From assembly GCF_006345805.1 (NCBI RefSeq), contig NC_043003.1:109244001-109308000 (forward strand): DNA of 64,000 nucleotides, given 5' to 3'. This stretch comes from Octopus sinensis (taxonomy: Eukaryota). The position numbers were made by a program, and so were the translations under genes. The notes below the pieces were generated by a model, which was not told the DNA's origin, made no database searches, and saw nothing but the letters and a program-made list of their open reading frames with translations. Positions 11,282-20,535 of the stretch are shown here, one piece after another (position 1 is the stretch's first letter; the number at the start of each line of letters is the position of its first letter).

Positions 11282-11680
11282 GCTAGCATGGGTTTCCATG
11301 CTAGCATGGGTTGGACGATTTGACTGAGGGCTGGCGTACCAGATGGCTGCACCAGGCTGCATTCTGATCTGGCAGAGTTTCTACAGCTGGATGCCCTTCC
11401 TAATGCCAATCACTCCAAGGTACTGGCAATGGCCATGCTCAAATGGTGTTTTTTACGTGCCACCTGCACAGGAGCCAGTCCAGTAGCACTGGCAACGACC
11501 TTGCTTGAATGTTTTTTCATGACGTACCGGCATAAGTGCCAATAAGGTGATGCTGGTAATGATCATGCTCGAATGGTGCTTTTTATGTGCCACTGACACT
11601 GAAGCCACTGGCAACGCTCATGCTCAGATGGTGCTCTTAGTGCTCCACTAACACTGATGCCAGTCATCGAATTTGATTTC
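11282..11680 (-). mobile_element. Retroposon family C (…ccatgctagcatgggttggacg…; (GAT)n tail; internal ~60-bp tandem modules ggtgcttttacgtgccac)
   Basis: Other copies at about 16357-16490(+), 20845-21180, 31145-31410, 32270-32430(+), 33110-33850, 34365-34470, 48815-49180 and 52705-53185. Confidence 0.8.
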
Positions 11681-11734
11681 GATATATATATATATACATA
11701 TATATATATACATATATATATACATATATCATGG

Positions 11735-12045
11735 TGTTCACTGTGACCGACCAGGCTATCAGATGTTGCTACACATCGCTGGTCACAATGTGCTTCACAT
11801 TGTTTTAGCCTTCAAATGATGCCACCCCACTGGCTAAGCGAGCAGGCCAACAGAAGAACGAGTGAGAGAAAGTTGTGATGAAAGAGTACAGCAGGGATTG
11901 CCACAACCCCCTGCCGGAGCCTCATGGAGCTCTAAGTGTTTTCGCTCAATAAACACTCACAACTCCCAGTCTGGGAATTGAAACTGCGATCCTATGACCA
12001 CGAGTCCGCTGCCTTAACCACCGGGCCATTGCGCCTCCACACACA
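11735..12045 (-). mobile_element. tRNA-headed SINE family D, copy 1
   Basis: Head gtggaggcgcaatggcccggtggttaaggcagcggactcg..cagtttcaattcccag on the minus strand; near-identical to the adjacent copy. Confidence 0.8.
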
Positions 12046-12046
12046 C

Positions 12047-12084
<38 letters not shown>

Positions 12085-12085
<1 letters not shown>

Positions 12086-12360
12086 CACGTGATCACGTGA
12101 CCGACCAGACCATCAGATGTTGTTACACATCGCTGGTCACAATGCGTTCGCATTGTTTTAGCCTTCAAATGACGCCACCTCGCTGGCTAGGCGAGCAGGC
12201 CAACAGAAGAAAGAGTGGTGAAAGAGTACAGCAGGGATCATCACCCCCTGCCGGAGCCTCGTGGAGCTTTTAGGTGTTTTCGCTCAATAAACACACACAA
12301 CGCCCGGTCTGGGAATCGAAACCGCGATCCTGCGACCGCGAGTCCGCTGCCCTAACCACT
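12085..12360 (-). mobile_element. tRNA-headed SINE family D, copy 2 (first ~20 nt missing, abuts (TA)n)
   Basis: Aligns to 11735-12020 and stops at cctaaccact. Confidence 0.8.
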
Positions 12361-12384
12361 ATATATATATATATATATATATAT

Positions 12385-12595
12385 AATGGTTGTATACTGT
12401 CAATCTAACAAGAACGTGACAGTAGGGGGTACACCACCACTGTATAGCCCTAGGAAGCATCGAACGCCTCCTGATGGCTTTGACACATTTTTCCCTGTGT
12501 CCTTATATACATTTACGAAGGGGAGACAAACGCCCCCGGCTGCCGTAACTGCATCTAGGGACACGTGTTTCAGGATCGTTGTCCTTCATCGGCCT
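12385..12595. repeat. Terminal direct repeat (pseudo-LTR), 3' copy relative to the ORF
   Basis: Identical to 14494-14704 at 206 of 211 positions; offset 2109 bp. Confidence 0.95.
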
Positions 12596-12598
12596 AGA
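12554..12598 (-). ncRNA. Type I hammerhead ribozyme (CCGAUGA core variant), predicted cleavage after GUC between 12560 and 12559
   Basis: Minus strand UCUAGG CCGAUGA AGGA(CAACGA)UCCU GAAAC ACGU GUC CCUAGA. Perfect 6-bp stem I, 4-bp stem II, palindromic ACACGUGU stem III. Confidence 0.8.
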
Positions 12599-12632
12599 GT
12601 AGCAGACACCGGTCAGCTGGTGATATTATATC

Positions 12633-12638
12633 TTTATT
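12633..12638 (-). terminator. Candidate AATAAA polyadenylation signal in the element 3' UTR
   Basis: Plus-strand tttatt, lying about 35 nt upstream of hammerhead stem I in ORF sense. Confidence 0.3.
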
Positions 12639-12887
12639 ATGGGCACGATGGCCCTAATGAAGACGGGACATTACAAGACGGGACGTGGGGTACATAAAGT
12701 AAAATAAAATATGAAATAAGATGATTATTGTATGAGATGGAACGGCTTACGAGCCCCCAACTCGCAGTTCCGTTTAAAATACAATTTTACATTTTATACT
12801 TTTACAATTTACAATTTTACATTTTAACATTACATATATTCCAGTTCAAAATACAATTTTACATTTTATAATTACAATGTTACAATT

Positions 12888-14243
12888 TTAAAATTTCAGT
12901 TCTATTGGACGTTGGTCCGTAATGTACTTTGTCAACTCCATCTGCTCCACCACATTTGGCAAATTCTCATAACATACATAATACGTTGAATAAACCTGCT
13001 CAAACATACTTTTCAATTTACAAAATGTTCCTTTATCTACAAGTACCCCTCCCAAATCGTCATCATGCAGTTCTGGGTGTAATTTAACCCTAATCAATCC
13101 TTTCCTACCTGCAAGTCTTTTCTCCACTTCTGTGTCTTTCACATATAACATGAATACTTTCAGGTATTTTCCTTCAGGTCTTTTCCCTTTTTTACATGCA
13201 TCCAACTGTTCTCTCACTTTTTTTCTCCATTCTAAGTTTACCTCTGTCTTTGTCTGTTCGTCCTTTTCTTTGCACGTTCCCTCTTTTTCTTCTGTTGTCT
13301 TGCTTTTGGTTTTTTTCTTTTTTAGAACTTTCGGTGGTGATTCCACCCTTGTTCTCTTCCTATCTCCTGTTCTTTCCTCCTCTGCACTTGCACATTCTTC
13401 TTCCATATCCTCATTTAGCTGCTCCTCCGTTTGTGCCTCCACTGCTTTTGTTTCTTCCTGCACTTCTCCCTCCTCCACACACGTATCTTTACTCTCCTTC
13501 GTTACCGCCTCCGGTGCTATGGTTTTCTTCAGCGGGCACACATCCTTCATGTGGCCTCTTAATTTACAATTATAGCAGACTGGGGGTCTTCCCTCTACCA
13601 CGACTCTAAGCCGTGTCTCATCAGGGAAGACCAACTCCTCCGGGATGTTGTACAGGTCTCGCACGGTTATATGTGCCAGAACCTGCACCGCATATCCCCA
13701 CCACTTAACCTCTCTTGACTTCTCCACCTTCAACACCTCCACACTTTCCTTGCAGTTAAAAACTACTGCTGCTAATAACCTCTCCATATTAAATTTGGGT
13801 GCAATTCTACCAATTCTTATCCTCACTGCCCTCCTTCTGCAGTAACTTGGTAGTAAAGTCCAACTTTCCATTTTCAAAATTCTTGTTGCATTCTTTTTTG
13901 CTTCATTCTCATTTTTAAAATGTACCACCACTGTGGCATATTTCCTTCCTCTGTTGAAAAATGTGGGTTCTCCCTCAATTCCTTTCAGGCATTCTTCTAT
14001 TTCTTCTGTCTCTGCTACTTCTATTTTTTTCGACGCCACACACCATGTCCTGTACGTTATCATACGCTTCTCCGCGCTGCTTTCCTCTTCTTCGGACGGT
14101 GTGACTCTCATGCAGTCACCCTCCCTCTTCAAACTGTCGAAATACTTTTGTAAAGTCTTCTGTTCGACCACCACTTCCTCCATTTCCAGTTCACTGGCAA
14201 CCAGGCCTCTGCCTGCTGCTCTCGCATAAGTCTGCTCTTGCAT
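12888..14243 (-). CDS. LINE-ORF1/gag-like nucleic-acid-binding protein, 451 aa from the first ATG (track start 14348 is a TTG); RRM-like region, one CX2CX4HX4C knuckle, charged C-terminal region
   Basis: Uninterrupted frame. TYARAA near the N-terminus; RVVVEGRPPVCYNCKLRGHMKDVCP (knuckle at 13536-13577), which resembles the V-x-x-x-G-x-P-x-x-C context of L1/Tx1-type ORF1 proteins; E/K-rich low-complexity tail. Confidence 0.85.
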   Translation of the reverse strand: MQEQTYARAAGRGLVASELEMEEVVVEQKTLQKYFDSLKREGDCMRVTPSEEEESSAEKRMITYRTWCVASKKIEVAETEEIEECLKGIEGEPTFFNRGRKYATVVVHFKNENEAKKNATRILKMESWTLLPSYCRRRAVRIRIGRIAPKFNMERLLAAVVFNCKESVEVLKVEKSREVKWWGYAVQVLAHITVRDLYNIPEELVFPDETRLRVVVEGRPPVCYNCKLRGHMKDVCPLKKTIAPEAVTKESKDTCVEEGEVQEETKAVEAQTEEQLNEDMEEECASAEEERTGDRKRTRVESPPKVLKKKKTKSKTTEEKEGTCKEKDEQTKTEVNLEWRKKVREQLDACKKGKRPEGKYLKVFMLYVKDTEVEKRLAGRKGLIRVKLHPELHDDDLGGVLVDKGTFCKLKSMFEQVYSTYYVCYENLPNVVEQMELTKYITDQRPIELKF

Positions 14244-14493
14244 TTTCAAAAATCTCCAAAAAAAATTTTCCACGTCCTCCAGCAACGAACTCGAACTCAC
14301 AACCTCTTCACAATGACGCACTCGAAACAAACACACCAGAATAACCAAAAAAAAAAAGGAGGCTGGTGATATTTGCCTCGACTTCGTATTTGTATATATC
14401 TATATTCAGTGAAGTCTATTCACTGATTATCAAAATAAGAAATATTGAATTTCTAAATCTCTCGTAGAGACATGTACGGTGGTGGGGTGATAG

Positions 14494-14704
14494 AATGGTT
14501 GTATACTGTCAATCTAACAAGAACGTGACAGTAGGGGGTACACCACCGCTGTATAGCCCTAGGAAGCATCAAACGCCTCCTGATGGCTTTGACACATTTT
14601 TCCCTGTGTCCTTATATACATTTACGAAGGGGAGACAAACACCCCCGGTTGCCGGAACTGCATCTAGGGACACGTGTTTCAGGATCGTTGTCCTTCATCG
14701 GCCT
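14494..14704. repeat. Terminal direct repeat (pseudo-LTR), 5' copy relative to the ORF
   Basis: See 12385-12595. Confidence 0.95.
14612..14618 (-). promoter_or_regulatory. TATA-like TATATAA inside the direct repeat, upstream of the ORF (also at 12503-12509)
   Basis: Minus strand gtatataagg. Position only; no functional evidence. Confidence 0.25.
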
Positions 14705-14707
14705 GAA
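14663..14707 (-). ncRNA. Second type I hammerhead copy; stem I partly replaced by the fold-back junction
   Basis: Minus strand UUCAGG CCGAUGA AGGA(CAACGA)UCCU GAAAC ACGU GUC CCUAGA. Stem I is 3 bp + mismatch + 2 bp. Confidence 0.7.
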
Positions 14708-14949
14708 ACACGTGTCCCTAGATGCAGTTCCGGCAGCCGGGGGTGTTTGTCTCCCCTTCGTAAATGTATATAAGGACACAGGGAAAAATGTGTCAAAGCC
14801 ATCAGGAGGCGTTTGATGCTTCCTAGGGCTATACAGCGGTGGTGTACCCCCTACTGTCACGTTCTTGTTAGATTGACAGTATACAACCATTCTATCGCCC
14901 CACCACCATACATGTCTCTACGAGAGATTTAGAAATTCAATATTTCTTA

Positions 14950-15002
<53 letters not shown>

Positions 15003-15057
15003 CCATATATATAAGTCGATATACAAAAAATATTAAATACATTTAATACAGAAAATG

Positions 15058-15089
<32 letters not shown>

Positions 15090-15115
15090 CACACACGCAC
15101 ACACATATATATTGA

Positions 15116-15295
15116 GAAAAGTCATCAGAAGTTTGGAAAAAATCCTTTTATTTCTTCATTATTATTAGCGCCTTCATTCCTTTCTAGAACTTGTCAAATA
15201 AAATCTTATTTGACAAGTTCTATCTAGAAAGGAACAAAAGTGCTAATAATAATGAAGAAATGAAAGGATTTTTTTCCAAAATTCTGATGACTTTT
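15116..15295. repeat. Fold-back palindrome (~85-bp arms, 4-nt loop) of a PLE-terminus-like sequence
   Basis: gtcatcagaagtttggaaaaaatcc...cttgtcaaataa aatc ttatttgacaag...ggatttttttccaaaattctgatgac. The right arm is also found singly at about 27975-28060. Confidence 0.85.
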
Positions 15296-15318
15296 TTCTA
15301 TCTATCTATCTATCTGTA

Positions 15319-15396
<78 letters not shown>

Positions 15397-15471
15397 TCTA
15401 TTATATAATAATGAAATTATTGTATACAGTGCTCAAGTGCACCACAACTTGTCAAAAGTGCGTATAAAGTA

Positions 15472-15505
<34 letters not shown>

Positions 15506-15544
15506 CACATATATATGCGTGTGTATGTGTGTGTGTGTGTGTGT

Positions 15545-15870
15545 GTGTTTGTGCATAGAGAGGAGAGGCACATTTTGTTGGTTACGATGGAACAGCTTGC
15601 TCGTGAAATTAACGTGCAAGTGACTGAGCAATCCACAGACACGTGTACCCCTAACGTAATTCTCAGGAAGATTCAACGTGACACAGAGAGTGACAAGGCT
15701 GGTCCTTTGAAATACAGGTACAACTCATTTTTGCCAGCTGAGTGGACTGGAGCAACTTGAAATAAAGTGCCTTGTTCAAGGACACAACACATTGCTGGGA
15801 ATTGAACTCACAACCTTATGATCATGAGTCGAATGCCCTAACCACTAAGCCATGTGCCTTCATGCAAGGA
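15545..15870 (-). mobile_element. SINE family E copy
   Basis: Homologous to 2025-2335 and 58880-59210. Confidence 0.75.
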
Positions 15871-16567
15871 GAGGAAATACTACCTTGTTTGGGAAACAGG
15901 GGAGGGCTGGCAACAGAGAAGGCATCCAGCTGTAGAAAACCTGCACCAATAAACTCCATCTTGTTTATGCAAGCATGGAAAACTAAATGTTAAAATGATA
16001 TGATGATGATGATGATGATACACATACACACTCACATGTATCTCTCAGTATCTCCATGTTTGTCAGTTTTTCTCTCTGTACGTATATATATATATATACA
16101 TATATATATACATATATATATACATATGCAGCATGGAATTTTGCCAGTGAACAAGTCACGGTTTCAAAGTGACGAAAATATTTTTACAAATTTAATTTAG
16201 ATGTTGAAGTGAATCTAATGGTTTTTGTGTGTTTTTAAATGGCTTATAAACACCTTCCACGTTGCGATTGTTTTCGTTCCAGCACACGATCTCAGATCAG
16301 GTCACTAGCTATGCAAGTACTTCTCTGTAATATATTTATATATATTTATTTGACGTTAGGAAGGGCATCCAGCTGTAGAAACACTGCCAGATCTGACTGG
16401 CCTGGTGCAGCCTTCGGTCTTCCCAGACCCCAGTTGAACCGTCCAACCCATGCTAGCATGGAAAGCGGACATTAAACGATGATGATGATATACATACATA
16501 CATACATACATATATATACATACATACACATATATATCATCATCATCATCGTCATCATCATCATATA

Positions 16568-17687
16568 GTCACCAGCGGTGTTCCCCAGGGAACTGTTTTG
16601 GGTCCGCTACTCTTCATAATTTATGTAAACGACCTTTCCAGTGTCGTACATCACTGCAAAGTGAAAATATTCGCTGATGTCACTAAGCTCCAGCAAATCG
16701 TCAATGAAGAAGCAGACCGAACTCAACTCCAGTCTGACCTATATGCTGTGAGTCAATGGGCAGACAGAAACAAAATGCAACTGAATGAGGGAAAATTTGA
16801 GCTGATGCATTTTGGAAGAAATTCCTCACTAAAACAACCATACTCTCTTCCTTCAGGGGAACCGCTCACAGCCTCTAACAATATCAGAGACCTGGGTGTA
16901 ATTGTTGATGACGATCTCAGTTGGAGTGCACACATCAACGAGAAGGTCGATACAGCTCGTAGGATGAGTTCCTGGATCTTAAGAACTTTCCGGTCCAGAG
17001 AACAAGGTGTCATCATACCACTTTTTTCATCCTTTGTACGGCCACACCTTGAATACTGCTGCCCACTGTGGTCTCCTCACACAAGACAAAACATCTCCAG
17101 AATTGAGTCACCCCAGAGGGCTCTCACTAAACAAATTGAAGACATGGCTGCTCTCGATTATTGGGATCGCCTTAAAGCCTTGAAACTTTACTCCCTCCAG
17201 CGTCGCCGTGAGCGGTACATCATTTGTACGATGTGGAAAATATACCGCCAACTTTGCCCAAACGACCTAAACATTAGCTTCAAGGTTCACCCGAGACTTG
17301 GACCACGGGCTATACGTCCCCTGCCAAATTCAAGATCACAACATACATGTACACTGCAACATAATTTCTTTTCCTCAACAGGCCCTGCCCTATTTAACAT
17401 TGTCCCGAGGGAGATCAAAGAGGAAAAGGATCCCATCAACTTCAAACAGAGTCTGGATAGATTCCTTCAAAGAATACCAGATAAGCCACCCATAATTGGA
17501 TACAACTCACCCAACAAGAACTCACTACTTGAACAAAACTGGATACAACTCACCCAACAAGAACTCACTACTTGAACAAAACTTGACTTAAACAGGATTC
17601 GAATAATCCTATCAGGTGGTGCTATTAAGTTAGACATGGCCTGGACCAATCTCTGGTCGAAACATATCTAAGTTTTATCTAAGTTTT

Positions 17688-17688
<1 letters not shown>
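16568..17688 (+). mobile_element. 5'-truncated CR1-type LINE (RT C-terminal half, 3' UTR and short tandem tail)
   Basis: VTSGVPQGTVLGPLLFIIYVND..FADVTK..RDLGVIVDDDLSWSAHI..VRPHLEYCCPLWSP..L.LYSLQRRRER; tail atctaagtttt x2; begins directly after (CAT)n. Confidence 0.9.
16598..17575 (+). pseudogene. Open reverse-transcriptase fragment (325 aa) with the catalytic FADD changed to FADV
   Basis: ttc gct gat gtc at 16670-16681; no N-terminal RT or endonuclease domain. Confidence 0.85.
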
Positions 17689-17935
<247 letters not shown>

Positions 17936-18616
17936 ACAACATATATCTAAACAGATGCATACACACACATGCACTGACACACATGCATATATTGGCAAGA
18001 CTGCAAATGCACTTACATGCATACGCATTGCCACCAGACCACCTGCCCTGTTCCACCATCGTCTACCAATATCCAAGCTTTCAAAAGCAATACAGATTGA
18101 TTGTAAAGGTTACTTGTATGCAGTTATATTTAGAAATACAATTTCTCAAGAAATTCTGCTTATCTTTAATTTTAAGAGGAGATTTTTTTTTCATTGTTTT
18201 TCTCCCTTAATTTGTTTTTTATTCTCTTTAAATTGGTGATTTGTTTACCTTTAATTAAACTAGGTGATAATAAATAGCACCACCCAATCAAGAGTGTGTG
18301 TGTGTGAATTCTCAGGCTGTGTATGGTAACTTAAGCTCTATGTATGTGTGTATTATGTGTAAAGGTTGGTGCGTAGTAGTAGTTGTGTGTGTGTTTGTGT
18401 GTAATTAGTTTGCATTTTGCTGTGCATGTGTCTGTATTAGTGCTCCCTGTCTCTCACTCACTCCCTCTCTATAAATTTATCAATTAAATTTATCTCTCTG
18501 TCTCTCAGTCTATCTATCTCTATCTGTCAGTCAATTTCTATCTATCTATCTTTCTTTCTATCTATGTCTGTTTTTCTGTCCATCCATCTATATATATCTG
18601 CCTGTCCGTCTGTCTG

Positions 18617-18671
<55 letters not shown>

Positions 18672-18692
18672 CTCTCTCTCTCTCTCTCTCTC

Positions 18693-18760
<68 letters not shown>

Positions 18761-18774
18761 GAGTGTGTGTATAA

Positions 18775-19215
18775 AAAGGTAAAGCTCCTCCTTTGGTCAT
18801 ACATGACCATGGAATTGCACCTCAAAGGTTCAAGTGTTGGGCTCACAATCATGAGATAGTGAGTTTGATTCCCAGGCTGTTTGTTGTGTTCTGAAGCCAG
18901 ACACTTTATTTCACGTTGCTCCAGTTCACTCAGCTGTAGAAATGAGTTGCGACGTCACTGGTGCACAAGTCCGGGTAAGGTTTTTGGAAGACCATCAGTC
19001 GCCCATGCATACCGGCCTCCTCTCTCCACACCACCAATGTTATCCAAGGGAAAGGCTGATACAGCTTGGCACCAGTGATGTTGCAACTTATTTCTACAGC
19101 TGAGTTAACTGGAGCAACGTGAAATAAAGTGTCTTGCTCAAGAACACAACCGAGTCTGGGAATCAAACTCTTTATGATGATTGTGAGTCCAACACTTGAA
19201 CCGCTGAGCCATGCA
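18775..19215 (-). mobile_element. SINE family E copy with an internal inverted duplication of its head
   Basis: About 18832-18965 is the reverse complement of about 19060-19200. Confidence 0.7.
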
Positions 19216-19318
19216 TATTAACATACATACACACACATATATGCATATATACGTATGTATATATATATATATACGTATGTATATGTATGTATATACGTAT
19301 GTATATGTATGTATATGT

Positions 19319-19359
<41 letters not shown>

Positions 19360-20495
19360 TATAAATGTATGTATACATATATATATATATGTATGTGTGT
19401 GTGTTTTTGCATGTGTATAGGTATATATATGTGGTCTGATTAATAAGTATCTGAACTGTTGCTAAAGCATGGAGAGTGAAGCTGCTTGGCATAAATACTC
19501 TTGAACTCTGCTGTAAATGTGCACTAAGTTTTAACATTCTAGCTCACTTCCCCTGTTTACATCAGAGCTTGGAAGGAAGGTGTGTAGCGTGTGATCATCA
19601 CATTGACCATGACAGAGAAAGTTTCCCCTCACAGCTGCATGCACTTCTGCGATGTTTATCTCAGTTCTGCTGGTTGCAGGTTTCCCTGGAACATTTGTCA
19701 ATATCGACATTTTTCAACCATCTTGGAAACATCTGAATATATACATATATATATACATGAATATATATTCATATACATACATATACATGAATATATATAT
19801 ACATATATATACACGAATATATACATATATACCTATCTATCTATCTATCTATGGACCTCACCTTGTTGCTTAACCACCTATGTATGTATATATGTATGCA
19901 TGAATATATGTATGTATATATGTATATGCATTTATTACTACTAATATAGGATAAAATTTTTTGAAAGAAATTCTATTAATGGCCAGCATATTAAAAAATA
20001 CCTTTAAAGGTTAAATTTATAAACAACTTATAAACAAGGGCAAAAGAAAAAAATTCTAATGCCAAATATGCCAAAAATAGACAAATCGTCAATAACCATA
20101 TAATTTATCACTATAAGTGTATTACTATATACTTTTCCCACTCTTACTCATAATGATGTTTTCAACATGGCAACCATATTCTATTTATTCATCCCCTATT
20201 CCTTCTCCATCAACAAAGGTTCCATCCTTTGCACACATTTGTAACTCTATTCCCTCTCTATATATGGCTTCACTTTCTATCCATGTCTCTGTCCTTTTAT
20301 GCTATTTCACACCTTAGACCACTGCCTGAATGAACTGACCCAAGGACTTATTTTTTTAAAGCCTGGTACTTATTCTATCAATTATTTTTACTGAACTGCT
20401 AAGTTATGAACAAACACACCAAAACTGGTTGTCAAGCAGTGGTGGGGTACAAACACAGACACAATGACACAAACATACACACACACATGCCTGCA

Positions 20496-20535
<40 letters not shown>

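Larger units (their letters stand above)
12385..14951 (-). mobile_element. Hammerhead-flanked, ORF1/gag-only retroelement: 211-bp direct repeats, 5' fold-back palindrome, (TA)n on both sides
   Basis: Direct repeats at 12385-12595 and 14494-14704 (5 mismatches), intact knuckle ORF between them, inverted arm at 14702-14951, and no RT or endonuclease ORF. Confidence 0.85.
14434..14951. repeat. Near-perfect palindrome: arms 14434-14683 and 14702-14951 (250 bp, 3 mismatches), 18-nt loop
   Basis: Direct reverse-complement comparison. Confidence 0.95.

Noticed and set aside
12300-12360. tRNA-like sequences (also about 2030, 15800, 23950, 59150)
   Set aside because: A/B-box heads of SINEs that run directly into SINE bodies; no complete cloverleaf.
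13132-14229. Plus-strand ORFs (147, 137, 98 aa etc.) overlapping the knuckle-protein ORF
   Set aside because: Antisense shadows of a purine-rich coding strand (Ser/Phe/Leu-rich).
14244-14348. N-terminal 35 codons of the 486-aa track ORF
   Set aside because: The track start is a TTG; the first ATG is at 14243. Treated as 5' UTR.
12385-14704. Interpretation as a conventional LTR retrotransposon or DIRS element
   Set aside because: The repeats lack TG...CA ends, there is no PBS/PPT or 4-6-bp TSD, and no pol or tyrosine recombinase remnant. The embedded hammerheads and inverted 5' arm fit a PLE/retrozyme-like mechanism better.
14495-14890. Mirror-image 92-aa ORFs on both strands
   Set aside because: A direct consequence of the palindrome; no independent evidence of coding.
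17638-17670. ggcctggaccaatctctggtcgaaac at the CR1 3' end as a hammerhead
   Set aside because: The hairpin and GAAAC are present but the CUGANGA core is absent. More likely the ordinary LINE 3' stem-loop.
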